Below are positions 1 to 13,810 of a DNA stretch of 64,000 nucleotides, piece by piece. A model generated the notes under the pieces. It was not told the DNA's origin. It ran no database searches and saw only the letters and a list, made by a program, of their open reading frames with translations. Within the stretch, counting starts at the first letter, position 1; each line of letters starts with the position of its first letter. Source of the DNA: the human T2T-CHM13v2.0 reference genome, Homo sapiens. The stretch is taken from the NCBI RefSeq assembly GCF_009914755.1, contig NC_060931.1. One strand, written 5' to 3'. Made by a program: the position numbers and the translations under genes.

Positions 1-654
1 ACCAGATACCTTCTTGATGTACTTTTTGCAATCAGTCTCCCAGGAATTATTTGAGCTTCTTGAATTTGGATGTCTAAGTCTCTAGCAAGACCAGGGAAGT
101 TTTCCTTAGTTATTCCCTCAAATAGGTTTTCCAAACTTTTTGCTTTTTCTTCTCCATCAGGAACACAGAATTCTTATGTTTGGCAGTTTTACATAATCCC
201 ATATTTCTTGGAGACTTCTTTTATTTTGTTGCATTCTTTTTTTGCTATTTTTGTCTTGTTGGATTACTTCAAATACCTTGTGTTTAAGCTTTGAAATTCT
301 TTCTCCTAATTGGTTGACTCTATTGTTAAAACTTTCGACAGTATTTTGTAGTTCCTTAAATGTGTCTTTCATTTCTGGAAGTTCTGATTGGCTTTTCTTT
401 AAAATATCTATCTCTTTAGAAAATTTTTTATTCATATCCTGAATTGTTTATTACATTTCTGTACGTTGGGTTTCACCTTTCTCTTGTATCTCCTTGAGTA
501 ACTTAGTAATCAACCTTTTGAATTCCTTATCTGGTATTTCAAAGATTTTATCTTGGTTTGGATCCAATGCTGGAAAGTTGGTGTGATATTTTGGGGCTGT
601 TAAAGAACCCTGTTTTTTCATATTGCTAGAATTGCTTTTCTGGTTCCTTCTCAT
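1..654 (-). pseudogene. Disrupted L1 ORF1 (N-terminus, coiled coil, start of RRM)
   Basis: Split over two ORFs by a stop; EIWDYVK motif present. Confidence 0.85.
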
Positions 655-869
655 TTAGGTAGACTATTTCTTCTAATTATTTTTGAATTTATTTTTGATT
701 CAATGGTTTTTTAAAATTTCATTTATTTCTTCTTGAAGATGTGACTTTAATGTTTATAGTTTATTGTTACCTAGCTTTGGCTGTGGGTGCTTTGAGTGTT
801 AAAGCCTCTGTATGAATTATTTTATTATAGGGAATCTTTGTGCGATGGCTTTCTCAGATGCTGATGGTC

Positions 870-1003
870 TTACCAGCCCTATAAGAGATGTTAAAAGGAG
901 TTCTAAATCTTGAGACAAAGGTCAGTATGCATCAGAATAGACACTCCTCAAAGCATAAAAATCACACAGCCTATAAAGCGAGAGCACAATGAAGAAAACA
1001 AGT
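870..1003 (+). mobile_element. L1 ORF1 C-terminus/inter-ORF fragment, opposite in orientation to its host L1
   Basis: From 870 it translates LPAL*EMLKGVLNLETK, homologous to the ORF1 end (RPALKELLKEALNMER in the element at 42.6 kb). Confidence 0.8.
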
Positions 1004-3539
1004 TCACTAGATTAGTAATGATGTGCTGGGTATGGGAGCAGGTTTTCTGTTTTCTGTGGGGCTGGAATGCAGAGGTCTCATGAAGCTTATCTCATTTTCC
1101 AGTGGCGTGCACTTTAAAAAAGCTTTCCTCCCAGGATTTTATTCACTGGGTTAAATGGTTCAGGCTTCGGGCCAGTAGGAGATGCTCATGGGGAAAAACT
1201 GGCTTTGGCTAAAGCAGGTGGGTAAATGCAATACCCTAATATTGGGCAGACGTCCCAGCTTTGACAGAGGTGGTTGGGTGAACTCTCAGTAAAAATGCAC
1301 TGAAGTCTTTTCAGAGGGAGGGGAGGGAGCCACCACAGCTTTCCTTCCAGACCAGCAGGAAAGCAATCTGCCTTCCAGTCATACTCCTGACCTGGTGTTC
1401 TGGCTATACAGATCAGACAGGCATCTCTTTTTATCTGCAAGAATGCTGATGCTTCATTTAGAGAGAGATTGTGACTCTACCTCTCATGCAAGCCTGAACC
1501 TGGAGGGCATTCCTTCTCTGGGGATACAGTCACCCTGAAGTTCCAGAAAGGCTGCCTACAGATGCACTCATGCTGGGATTCCATGGGAGAAGCCCTAGTT
1601 GTGTCTACAGTGGTGAGTAAAAGGGAGGAGTCCCCTCTCCAAGACCCTTCACAAGCACCAGGGCTACCTGACTACTGGAGTAGAGCTGCAGAGTTTCCCC
1701 ACTGAGCCCAGCATTGCACCTGTGCCTCTGCTGAAGAAAACATCCCACAGGTGGAAAGTTCAGGGACTGAAGGCTTGCAGTCCAGTATCTTTTGTCCCAT
1801 GCTCCCTTAATGTGATACACTCCCTCTTCCCCTAAGTGTAGCAGTCCCTGAGGACCAGAGTACTGTGAATCCTTTTGCTCCTCTGGGTCTAGCTGCCCAG
1901 TGGGGCTGCCACACTCTAGGCTCCAGTGATGTGACTTATCCTCTAGTCTCTAAGCAGCAAATACCAGCACCAGCTCTGGTAGTGGTGGGAGGGGAGTGAT
2001 GTAAACTGTGAGATTTCCTTGGTTATAAATGGCTTTAGTGTGTTGAGTTTTTCAAATGCCAGCTGTAGTCCTAACTTACTAGGCACACGGACAAACTCAA
2101 GCCTTCCTGGTTAGCGAGAGTGATGCAGGCAGTGAGGATAGATGAGGCCATGCAAAAGTTTTCTCCTTTCTGATTGCTGTGTTATTGTGCCTGTAGCTGC
2201 TGTCATGGGCTGTGCTGGTTGACCACCAGCCAGAAGGCGGTGCTTGCAAAAGAGCACCAGCTTGATGGTAGCAGTAGAATTTGTGCTTGGTTTATGTTAT
2301 CCAGGAGAGGTATTCTGATGTCTCAGGTAATGGGTGGTGCCATGGAGCTCCCAAATGTCTTATTCTGTTGTGTTAGGCTACCAGGGCAGGTGGAAGGACA
2401 AATCTGGGTGTGGGCTGGGTCAGGTAAGTTTGTGCTCTGGGTCCCTATGTGGAGATTGAAGAGCAGTTCCCTGGCCATTGGGGTAATGTTCCAGGGAGGA
2501 GTGCAGCTGCCTCTGCTGCACAAAAAAATCTGCATGGGGAATGGGCAGGTAGCAGGTGGCAGTAAGCTTCACTCCACTCCCACACCGTTGGCAAGGCAGG
2601 TCTCGCACCCACAGTGTTCTTTTAGGAGCAGCTAGCTGGGTTTTAGGCAGCCTGCACTCAGAACTCAAAACTTCCCCAGGCCACAAGCCTTCCTGACAGA
2701 GACAGATACTGTGTGGCTTTCAGGCCACACCTCTCCTGGTCCACCTGTGAAGAAGAGGTATCCAGCTCCTGCATCTGTGACTATAGTACTCTTCCCACTC
2801 ACCCCTCAGTCTGGCCAATGGGATTTGTGCCTACTCAAGATTCTATTGCAAATCTCAGTTGAAAGCGTCTCCCAACTGTGACCACTGTCTGAGTTAGCTG
2901 GTAGGCTTCTGTGAGGTCCCTTGTGAGGTTAGGATCAAGAGTGGCTTCCCATCATCCCCACTGCAGTCTGGGACTGCATGCTAAGCATGTCCTGATACTG
3001 CTCCTTCTCATATATTCCCCATCACTCACTAAATCAGCTCCAGCGCTGGGCAGGGTCAAGGCCTTCACCCTTGGCTGGGTAGGGGTAAGGTGCTCCCCCT
3101 TGGCCTGGATTGCCCAGCTGCCCTGTGGGAGCGTGTCACAGTAGCAGTCTCTCTCCCTCTCATGCTCTACAGACTCAACAGTTTTCCATCTGGTTCACAG
3201 TGTAGGCTGCTGCCCACTGCTTCTTTCAAAGGGTCTGTGGTTTCTTTCAGTTTTTCTGTTAAGTTCCTGTGTTGCTCCTTGAAAATGGTTCAAAATCTCT
3301 ACTCACTAATTGGTCTTTCAAAGTGGGAGAAGCATGCTAACAATGTCTCCAATCCACCATCTTGCAAAAACAAATGTGCTGTCTTGTCTCTGAGTACCTA
3401 ATAAACTTTATGTTTCTCTTCGGGGCCACTTTTCCACTTGTGTGCAACATCCCTATACTTCTACTTTGTTGAGAACTCTGCTCTTTTTTCTCTCCTTCCT
3501 CATTAATTTTCCTTTTCTGTTGGATTATTCCTATCAATA

Positions 3540-4500
3540 TACAGACATGTTGTATTATCCGCTATTAAAAAGAGATTTCTCTTGGATCCGCATCCCCCTG
3601 CAGCCTTGCCTACGTCTCTTCTTTCCTTCATAGTTAAATTCTTTTAAAGATTTTTATATACTTGCTGTCTCCACTGCCTTACCATCCAATTATTCTGAAT
3701 TCCACTCCTGTCCGGGTTTTGTCTCAACACTCTACCTACACTGGTCTTATCAAAGCTACAAGTTACCTTTATCTTGCCAAATCCAATTAGACAGGTCTGT
3801 CTGCAGTCTACCTGACTGCACAGATGCATTTAACATAATAGTCTTCTGCCTCCCTCTTGAAATACATTTTCACTTGGTTTTTGGGCCCCTCTCCTTTCTT
3901 TTTTTCTCTTTTCCAGTGCCTTCTCAACTTCCTTAGCTTGTCCTTTTGCCATCCCTGACCCGTTAATGGGTAGGGGGGCCTGTGCCTTAGTCCTAGAGCC
4001 CCCAATTCTTCTCTTCCTTAGTCATCCCATTCAGGTTTCTGACTTTAAACATCATCTACAAGCTGATGATCCCCAAATCTATACCTCTAGCTGTGACTTT
4101 TGACTGAACTCTAGACTCTTACATCCAATTACCTACTCAATGTCTCTATTTGGTTGTCTAACAGATACGTCAACCTTAATATGACCTAACTCTCAGTTTC
4201 CACTCTCCCACACTTATTTTCCTTGTGTCTTCCCTCTCTCAATTTATGAAAACATTCACCCACTTGTTGGAGACAAATATTTAGGTGGCATCCTTGATTT
4301 TTCCATTTTCTTTGCCCTGCCCATTCAATCTATCAGCAATCATGTTGGCTTCGCCTTGTCAGTATGTTCTGAACTCAACCATCTGCCTCTTCCACTGTCA
4401 TCCCCAGGTCTAAGCCACCACATCTCTGGCTTGGGCTATGTTTGTCTTCCTATATTTTGTCCACCACATTGAAGCTAGAGTGAATTTTAAAAATAAATAA
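3540..4500 (+). mobile_element. L2 LINE fragment (RT region)
   Basis: L2-typical tracts such as cttgccaaatccaat, catcatctacaagctgatgatccccaaatctata (YADD-equivalent) and ggcatccttgatt. Confidence 0.8.
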
Positions 4501-4519
4501 ATTAGACAGGTTTTCCTGG

Positions 4520-4716
4520 TTACCATCCTGGCTCTGCTACGTATAAGCATGTGTGATCATATGTTATAAAATCTTTCCAAACCTCAATTTTGTTATCTGT
4601 AAAATGGGGAGAATAATATAATATCATCTACCTCATAGACTTGCTGTGGAGATATTAAATGAGTTTATATTTGTAAAGCACTTAAAGCAATTCAAATACA
4701 TGATCAACATTATTAT
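4520..4716 (+). mobile_element. MIR SINE
   Basis: Core cctcaattttgttatctgtaaaatgggga...attaaatgag...gtaaagcactt. Confidence 0.85.
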
Positions 4717-5139
4717 TGACCTAAAAGGAAGAAGCTGAGGCAAAATTAATATATGTAGAGAGTTTATTTGTTGGGCCAATCTTGAGGGTTGCAGCTTGTG
4801 GGCATAGATTCAAATTGCCCTGAATATACACTCCAATTAACAGCAGTTACAAATAGATTTTTAAAGAAAAAGGAGAGGGAGTTCTTAAGAATTTACATTA
4901 AGGTAACATAAGCTATTGATTGGTTATACATTTTTCTTTGTATCACAAATTCCAGGAATGTGAAGATAATGGATGAGGCAGCTAGTCAGGAACAAAATGC
5001 CTTTAAACAATTGTCTCCAGGCATGGGTGGGTGGTGGTGGTGGGGATGACTGAAGTCCCATACTCATATCTCTGTGGGCCTGATAAATTTTGCTTACCTC
5101 ACATAGCTCAGACTGTTCTAAGCTACTTTTGTTTTCTCA
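4717..5139 (-). mobile_element. ERV1-class solo LTR (MER65-like)
   Basis: TG...CA termini, near-TSD ttat/ctat, antisense poly(A) signal (tttattt); family from recall. Confidence 0.65.
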
Positions 5140-5349
5140 CTATATTAGAGATTTTAAACTACAACAGCTAAAACTCCAATTGCTTCTCATTACACTTAAA
5201 GTAAAATCCAGATTGAGCATGAGTCTCTAAGGCTTTGTGTTTTCTTGTTCCCTGTCTGCCTCTTCAAATCTACTACTTACAACTCTTTTTGTTCTCTATT
5301 CAACTACACTAGGCTGCCCTGTAAACTTCAGGTCTTAAAGCCTGATCTT

Positions 5350-5671
5350 GGCTGGGCACGGTGGCTCATGCCTGTAATCCCAGCACTTTGGGAGGCTGAG
5401 GTGGGCGGATCACTTGAGGTCACGAGTTCGAGACCAGCCTGGCCAATGTGGCAAAACCCCATCTCTACTAAAAAGATAAGAATTAGCTGGGCATGGTGGT
5501 ATGTGCCTGTAATCCCAGCTACTTGGGAGGCTGAGGCAGGAGAATCTCTTGAACCCACCCAGCAGACGGAAGTTGCAGTGAGCCAAGATTGCACCACTGT
5601 ATTCCAGTCTGGGCAACAGAGCAACAAGACTTCATCTCAAAAACAAAAACAAAACAAACAAAAAACAACAA
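5350..5671 (+). mobile_element. AluS element
   Basis: Dimeric Alu with A/C-rich tail; TSD aaagcctgatctt (5337-5349) / aaaacccgatctt (5672-5684). Confidence 0.95.
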
Positions 5672-5738
5672 AAAACCCGATCTTGCCACGGGTTAGAACA
5701 ATCTTTGTTTAATTCACTCTTCAGCAACTCAGGGTTCT

Positions 5739-7263
5739 TCCAACTGAAAAATGATAAAGTTCATAAACTTGGAAAGGAGAGCTTTATTTCTCATTAAGAG
5801 TTGCAGACTGTAAGGTGGCCATTCTGACAGGCTGAGATGTATAACCTTTGACAGTAGCCAGAAACCGGCACTTCAAGGGAGGGAAGCATAAGACAGGACT
5901 TTATGCAGAATGGGTTGGCTAAATGTACATATTTAATAAGTGATAGGAGGAGTCATAAATATTTATGAAAGAAGAAACATGTGCATGCACAATTGAGCTT
6001 CACATTTCCTTGTTGGGCTGCATGTTCAGAAAATGGTAGCATTAGTATGATCTGAGGGTGGAGATTTTGGCTGTCTTGTAATCAACTGATGAATTCTTCC
6101 TGCCCTCTGCACAGACAAAACCAATTCACTGAGACTGTGGTATTGCAGTGAAGAAAGACTTAACACAAGGTAGCCAAGCAGAAGGACCAGAGTTACACTT
6201 AAATCAGCCTCCCTGAGAATTCAGAGGCTAGGGCTTTTCAAGGATAGTTTAGTAGGCAGGGGACTAGGGAATGGGTACCGCCAATTGGTTAGGGATGCAA
6301 TCATAGGTGTGTGGGGATTGGTCCTCATGCTGAGTCTGCCTCTGGGTGGGGGACCACAGGACTGGTTGAGTCATAAGTCATGAGTACAGGTGGGGTCAGT
6401 TAGTTGCCAGAATGCAAAAATCTGAAAAACATCTTGAAAGACCAAACTTAGGTTCTACAATAGCAATATTATCTATAGGAGCAATTGGGGAAGTCACAGA
6501 TCTTATGACCTCTGACCAAATGACTCCTGAGCAGTAAGGGGTTATAGAAACTATGTTTACATTTTAGCAGAATTCAAGTCCTTCCTGTAATTCCTGATCT
6601 TGTGTCCTTTCATTAGTCTTGCAAAGGTGGTTCAGCCCCCGAACAAAGAGGGGATTAATTTTAGGGAGGGATGATTATCATGCTTGCTTCAAAGTTAAAC
6701 TATAAACTAAATTCATCCCATAGTTAGCTTGACCACACCTAGGAGTGAGTGAGGACAGCCCACCTGTGAGGCTAGAAGCAAGATGGAATCTGCCATGTTA
6801 GATTTCTTTCACTGTCATGATCTTTGCAAAGGTGGTTTCACTCTTATATCAAAAGGTGAAGCAGAAGATAGGAAAATCCTCAATGTGCCATCTCTGTAGA
6901 CTGGCCAGAACCACTCTATGGTCAGTGGTCTCTTATCAGGAAGGAATGCTGTTTAGTTACTGTGTTGTAACTGCGAAAGGGAGGGGAGTCCAGTTGCAAG
7001 TCTGGTTGCAGCCTCAGATGATTGGCTAAAGGTGATAAAGGAATGAGTCTCCCATTTCTTGTTTTCCAGAGCTGGTTTCTTCTTACTCCTTAGGAAAGAA
7101 TTCTGATTCAAGGTTAATAAAAAAGGGGCATACTGAGGCCTGTCTGACCTCCCATCCCATCATGGCTGGGAACTTAGTTTTTAAGGTTTCTGTGGGGTCC
7201 CCTTTGCCAAGAGGGGATCTGTTCAGTCAGTTGGGGGGCTTAGGATTTGCTTTTTGTTTCTCG
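5739..7263 (-). mobile_element. MER4-group ERV1 LTR (MER4D-like), split by a nested LTR
   Basis: Right end reverse-complements to ...aaatcctaagccccccaactgactgaacagatcccctcttggcaaaggggacc, typical of MER4 LTR starts. Confidence 0.7.
6077..6840 (-). mobile_element. LTR8-family solo LTR nested in the MER4-like LTR
   Basis: Reverse complement begins TGAAACCACCTTTGCAAAGAT; TG...CA ends; TSD gtct/ctct. Confidence 0.8.
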
Positions 7264-7264
7264 G

Positions 7265-7558
7265 GTCTGTTGAAACGTTGCCTCTTCAGAGAAGCCTATT
7301 CTGATAGCCTTTCCTAAAATAACCCCACCTAATCCCCAATTATACTCTATTCCCATATATGTATTATTTTTCTATAACAGTTTTTGTAATCTATAATTAT
7401 ATATATATGTTTATTTATTTATTATTTTCTGTTTCTCACACTCCCATGGTATCTCCATGATGTAAAGCATTTTGTTTGCCTGATTTACCTTTGTAGCCCC
7501 AGGATATAGAACAGTTCCTGGCACTAGTTGGCACTCCATAAATATTTGTTGAATAAAT
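7265..7558 (+). mobile_element. L2 3' end
   Basis: agaacagttcctggcactagttggcactccataaatatttgttgaataaat is the canonical L2a terminus. Confidence 0.85.
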
Positions 7559-8539
7559 TGCAAAATAGTCTTATAAGTGCATTTTACTATTTGGCAGAAT
7601 TATTGCCATTTCATTCTTCTTGGCTAATGAATAGTGACTGTGGGGTAATTTAATCTTCTTAAATTAACTGTGAGCACTTGATTGGGATTAAGCAAATTCC
7701 AAATTTACTTGATTGTAGTACGAGGAATTATTTTGACCTTTTCAGAAGTGTGACTTTTTCAGTTACTACCATTTTTATTAAATCATTGTGTAAAAATGAA
7801 ATCTCTGGTCTTCCCTAACAGATGCAATTTAAATTATTTGGAATAGTTGAAGAAGATAAAGAACCAAGGAAAGGGTTTTCTCTCAATATTTATAGTCTAA
7901 CAATTTTTGATGAATGTATTTTCTGATTCATAGCACATTTTATCAGTTTGGTAAGAATATAGTATAATGATAGAACTACTATGGTGTCACAGTTGCAAAG
8001 GCATATGGTGAGGGAGGCATTCACCTTGACTGGACAGGGCTTTGGATGTAATAGTGGTGAGACTAATAGGATAAATAAAATGGCTATAAATTCTCCACAT
8101 TAAAATCTATAGGGTAGTGCTGAGACAGCAATATTAGCATCATGTAGGCACTTGAAGGGGTGTCTGTAGTGAACCCTGTATTCTTGAGGGAAAAATTCAG
8201 TGTTCATAGATATTTATAATCATCTAGGGTTTTGCTCTGGGTTGGTTCTATGGATGCACTTGTTGGCTTCTGTGGTCAGGCATCTTCAGAAGCAGCCTTA
8301 CAGCAAGGTGAGCCAAAAGTTGCCAACAGCATTCCCAGAAGCTTGACTAGACCAGGACATTAAGGAGATCACATAAATACACTCCTCTCCCTACCTCCAG
8401 CCCATGCTAAGCGTGCCTCATGGTTGCATTTAACTGAGTCCTCGATTCTTCCAAGCCTGGTTTATCCATGTTTTTCCAACAATTATTAAAAGAGGGCAAC
8501 ATATTAGCTTTGGAACATTTTCCTTGCTGAATCCATTGA

Positions 8540-9107
8540 ATTGGACAGAGCCTAAAGTGACCCTCACTGGTTTTCTACTTCCTGGTATCTACACCTTTGT
8601 GTAATACCCTCCCTTTGAGTGTAGGTGAAATCTGCAGCTTACTTCTAACTAATAGAGTAAGCCAGAGATGATGGAATGTCATCAAGGTGACTGTTATATT
8701 ATGTGACGACAAGAGATTATTCTGCACGGGCTAGACTAATCAGATTAAAGTCCTTAAAAAGAAGGACTGGGCCCTATCTGAGGTGAGATACTCTCCTGTT
8801 GGACCTGAGGAGGCAAGCTGCTAAGATGTGACCTGCCTTTGCAGAGGGCCATATGGCAGGGAACATACAAGTCCTACAACTTGCAAGGAACTAAATTCTG
8901 CCAACCACCCAGTGAGCTTGGCAGAGGATTCTGGGTTCCAGAAAGGAACATAGCCCAGCTAACACTTTGATTGCAACCTTCCAGCAAGGATCCAGCTAAG
9001 CTGTCCTCAGACTCCTGGCCCACAGAATCTGTGAGCTAATAAATGTGTGTTCTTTTAAGCTGCTGAATTTTTTGTATTTTATTATTCAGCAATAGAAAAC
9101 AAATACA
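8540..9107 (+). mobile_element. MaLR LTR (MLT1E/F-like)
   Basis: ccctccctttgagtgtagg near the start; aataaatgtgtgttcttttaagc...gcaatagaaaacaaataca terminus. Confidence 0.8.
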
Positions 9108-9376
9108 GATATCAATTCTGTTCACATGCACATGCAAAACAGCATTACATATGAGTTTTGTGATGTCAAGTATATTGTAACCACGTTACATGTGAGAATA
9201 GGTTTGAGAGGGATTCTCTGTCTTCTAAAGTTAATGTGGGAAACACTGTAATGTGATGTAGGACAGGTGTGGGAAAGGTGTCTGTAAAAAATAAGGTCAA
9301 AGACAAGTTATTTGGGAAGATATGGATTTCTGTTATGAAACAAAGAGCTTTGGAAGAAAAGTAACCCTAGAGTGAA

Positions 9377-9812
9377 TGTCAAATAAAATTTACAGGAGGC
9401 CATGGGTTTGGACTGAGCTCCTGCAGTAGGCCCCAGTAGACCAACCAAAATGGAGTTTCTCATGCTAAAGTTTCATGTTACCAAACTGAAACAGTTGTTT
9501 ATCTGATCTTCCAGGTAATCAGGAGAGAGATAATAGTCAAATCTCCAAACAGACCAGTTTAGCCAGCACGATAAGGAAGTCTTCTCTGCTTTAACCTTAC
9601 AAGGAAGGTAACTTGATGCTAAGCAACCCCCTTTTTGATCCTAGTTTCTGCTTTCTTCAGCCCTTTTCTGCCTATAAAGCCAAACTCCCCTGGTCAGCTG
9701 AATGGAGCACCTTTTCTAAAGTTTTAGAGGAGACGTCACCCTAATTCGTGAGTTGCAAATAAGAGTTAGTTAGATCATTTTGCTAAGTTTATTGTAATTT
9801 TGTCTTTTGATA
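9377..9812 (+). mobile_element. ERV1-class solo LTR (LTR54/MER57-group-like)
   Basis: Starts tgtcaaataaaatttacaggaggccatgggtttggactgagctcc; TATA-like ctataaa near 9672; family from recall. Confidence 0.6.
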
Positions 9813-10621
9813 AGAGTTCTTTGTGTTGCTTTTACATGTTGAAGTGAGAATCTGTCCCAACCATGTCACACCCCCACCTCAGTGGAGGAAAGGGGAAGGA
9901 GGTAAGGCCCTTGCTTAGAGGACAATGAGGACAACCCACTCCTTCCTTCTTTTGAGCAACACTCAGTGCAGAGGTGAAAAGCAATTTACAGTCTGTTTTC
10001 CAAGCTGGGAATTACCTGAAGGGATCAGTGGGTTCCTAAGTGTGTCAGTAGGGAGAGGTGGGAAACCTGGTTGGAGGTGGGGCAAAAGTGCAGGAGGGGG
10101 AGAGCTAAAGGGAGATGGACACAAGAAGTGAAGCAAAGGAGGAAGAGTTGGGGATAGAAGGCCATGTCCCGGCAAGGCCTGGGGAAGGGTCAGGTCTTCC
10201 TTCTACTGTTCCACATGATCCTCCCCATCCCACACTCCTCATCAAAGGAGAAGAATGAGTCTTGTGTGACCTGAGGCTATAAGAGATCTGGACCAGTGAC
10301 CACAACACCTGAATCCCTGATTCCCTTCCTTTCCTTTCAGTCTCCCAACACTTCTCCTGCCAATGCACAGGCACCCCAGGATGGCCCCCTTGGTAATTAT
10401 TACTTCTCCAGTGAAGAATTGCTTGAACGTTGCCTGTGGCTGTGACTCATGGTGGCCATTTGTGTCCTTGTGATGTCTACCCACGGACAAGGCCTGGCTG
10501 GAGGAATGGTCAGGTGTACATCTCTTTGCCTCTGGAAGGTAGATGCCAGCACTTCAGCTCTTTAAAAAAGGAGTCATCACACAATTTCCAGATATAATTG
10601 AGACCACAAAGAAAACCATTA

Positions 10622-11026
<405 letters not shown>

Positions 11027-12009
11027 TCAACTGAGGATTTCCTGTGAGTCTGAAACTGAGACTGGGGAATATTCTCTGCCCTGACATGCTCTCTTCCCTC
11101 CCTCATCTCTGGGGTCTAATAGCAACCTAATCAAATGAGGCTGGCATTAACAAGAAGAAAGCATTGTCCTGAAGCAAAGGAGTCCATCCTCTCACGTGAA
11201 AAATAGAACAACTTCCACTATGAACCAAATAAATTTATATAAAAGCAATGATTATTCAACATGCAGATCATTCAAGATATAGGTAAATATTTAGAGAATG
11301 ACAACAATTCCACTTAGAATCATTGGTGTCCCTTTCTAAGATATGCAAGTGTGGGAAACATGAGTTCTTAAACATAGAATCTAACCTTAGCCAATCCCTC
11401 AGCCCATTTCTGATCTGTCTCATCTTCAACGTCAGCCCTTGAATCTTAGAGATAAAATGATGCTCATTGTTTGGTAGAAAACAAAGGTGAAAATCTGGTG
11501 GTTGGTTTTTGGACAGTGTCACAATGTTCCTGCTTCAAAGTAATCCCCTCAAATTGACCTCATCATATTGTCCTTGGTATCTATATGGCCACATCAACAC
11601 AGCTTCATCAATAGATTATGCACTCAAGACAGAAATTGGGCACAACATTACCTCCACACAAGAGTGGTTATTATACCATCTTCCCTTGTAAATGTCCACC
11701 ACTGACATCCATGCTAATTAAATCAAGTTGATTAGAACTCAGCAATGACCTAATTCCATGTCTTACACATCAACAGCTGTTTGTGTATGCCAGTTAGCGG
11801 AACAGGGCAACCAAGCCACAGAAATAATTTAGGTGGCACTTTCTAAACAATGTAGATCAACTTAAAGTACATTCACTTGTGGTAAATGACTCATGGTGGA
11901 CCAATGAGATCAAACCTATGATAACTAATGTTTACAAATGGAAGAGAATGTGACAAGGGTAAAAAATTGTTAATAGAGTTACTTAAATACTTCAGATAAA
12001 TTAATCTAG

Positions 12010-12165
12010 TTAACAGCTACTTATTGAGCACCTACTATGTTCCAGGCATGAAAATCCCTACCTTCATGAAGCTTTCATTTACGTGGATGGAGAATAAAAA
12101 CATTGAAAATTAAATATGTATTATGTCAGAAGGTGGTAAGTGCTATGAAGAAAAATAATCCAAGA
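12010..12165 (-). mobile_element. L2 3'-end fragment
   Basis: ttattgagcacctactatgttccaggca is the antisense L2 terminus. Confidence 0.75.
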
Positions 12166-12177
12166 AAGGGGAACATT

Positions 12178-12620
12178 TCACATCTAATCTGTCAGCTAAT
12201 CCTGATGGTTTGCATTCAAAATATATTCAGAACCCATACTTTCTTCACTTCCACTGCTTGGGCCACATTACCAAAAGAATAATGCCCTAACCTCTTGATT
12301 GTTCTTCTTGCTTTAACTTGGCCCCTTTTAGTTTATTCTCAATACAGTAGCCAGAGTCATTCTACTAAAAAGAAGTTAGATAATTTCATTCATCTCCTGT
12401 AAACATTCCAGCTGTTTACAATGTCATCCAGAGTACAAGCCTGAGTCTTCAAAAAAGCCTCTGAGGTCTTGCATTGTCTAACCTCTGTGTGCTCTTTGTG
12501 TGCATCTCTTATTACTCTTCTCTCTGCTCCAGTCTCACTGGTCTGATTGCTGGTCCTTGAATGCTGGGCACCTCCTTCCTCATGGCCTTTGCTCTTGCAG
12601 TCGCTGTGCCTAGAAATCAC
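12178..12620 (+). mobile_element. L2 fragment
   Basis: cacatctaatctgtcagc...ctcaatacagtagccagagtcat...catggcctttgctcttgc. Confidence 0.7.
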
Positions 12621-13619
12621 CTTGTTTATTTTTAATTTTTATTTTTGCCTTGGATGCCACCAGCTCCCAAATCACCTCTGGTGTCTGCACTTCAAAGTGG
12701 AACATGTCGGGGCTTGACCCCATGATCACCTTTGACCAGTTTTGCCTGCCGTCTCATCAAGTACCGTGTGCCACATTAAAAGGGTGATAACACATGTGAC
12801 ATCTTGTCTTGCTCTGTTCATCACTCCCCCATCCAACTACCGAATGCTACTTTTCTCATTTCACCCTCACCTTCTGCCTTAGTCCTGTGCTATTATCTTC
12901 CTGATTGTGCCCTTCACTCCTTTGCGTGTGGACCCTGCTCCATTCTGGTAAAGAACACTGGACCTGCCATGGCAATGCACCTTCTTTCTGACTCAGACCC
13001 ACGGAACATTTCTAACTGAAGGCTGTCACCAACCTCGCCCATGTTTCAAACATAGGGGGCAGGATTTGGACATGAGAGTATATTGATACATATAGACATT
13101 GAAAAATCCACATTATCAATTTGACTAGTTCAAGAAGCCACATTTCCTTTGAGTGATAGTAATAAATAGCAAAATGGGAACAAACATATACAATTTTACC
13201 TTACAGCTGGTAATGATCCATAGGGTGAAGTGGAAGTTCTTCACTCAGCTCCTTATTCTAGGAAAATCTTCCCTTCTCCCATCCCTTCCTCATTTCTGAA
13301 AAGGAGAAAATGTTATTTTGATTGCATATTTAGATGGTTAATTAGGCCACTCATGGTGGGGTTATTAACAGATGTGGCTCTCTGCAGAGATATGCACTTT
13401 TCTTGTCTACCTCTTGCTCCACACTGGAGCAATGTTAAATTCTGTTTTCTCTCATTCTCTTTGGCCCTGTCATGTTGCTGATCTTTGGGTACTAAGAAGA
13501 AATATTCAGGTATGGGCTTGGAAGAAGGAAGAGGAAGTGGTTCAACTTAGCTTTCCAGAGTTCCATATAACAGTCTTATTTGTTACCTATATCTATTAAT
13601 ATACTTATCTTCCCCATGA

Positions 13620-13810
13620 TGTCTGAGACCCCAGCTGGAAAGAATTGAATGCCTGGGGTGACTGATTAGCTGGAGGCTGAAATCATCTGGAGGCTTCGTT
13701 TCTCACATGTTTGTTGTTTGGGATGGTGACTTGAAGTCTGGGCTCAGCTGGGACACTGTCAACTGATGAGTCTATGTGCATCCTCTTGATACAGCTTGGA
13801 CTTCCAACAA
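13620..13810 (-). mobile_element. MaLR LTR fragment (MLT1H-like)
   Basis: gctgaaatcatctggaggcttc...ctgggctcagctgggac. Confidence 0.6.

Larger units (their letters stand above)
1..3365 (-). mobile_element. Old LINE-1 (L1PB/L1MA-class), long 5'UTR plus 5' part of ORF1; continues left out of the window
   Basis: Minus-strand ORFs 451-654 (MRRNQKSNSSNMKKQGSL...) and 157-435 (...SLQEIWDYVKLPNIR) are L1 ORF1 homologues. CCACCATCTTG at ~3354-3364 is the reverse complement of the L1 5'-terminal CAAGATGG motif. Confidence 0.9.

Noticed and set aside
2174-2635. 153-aa ORF antisense to the old L1 5'UTR
   Set aside because: Non-ATG start and no recognisable domain; likely chance in GC-richer DNA.
5245-5712. 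155-aa ORF and other Alu-overlapping ORFs (18283, 21873, 34130, 34234, 39846)
   Set aside because: Translations of Alu sequence; no gene context.
11270-11930. Possible ancient SINE or other fossil
   Set aside because: Only a weak antisense B-box-like word near 11905; cannot support a call.
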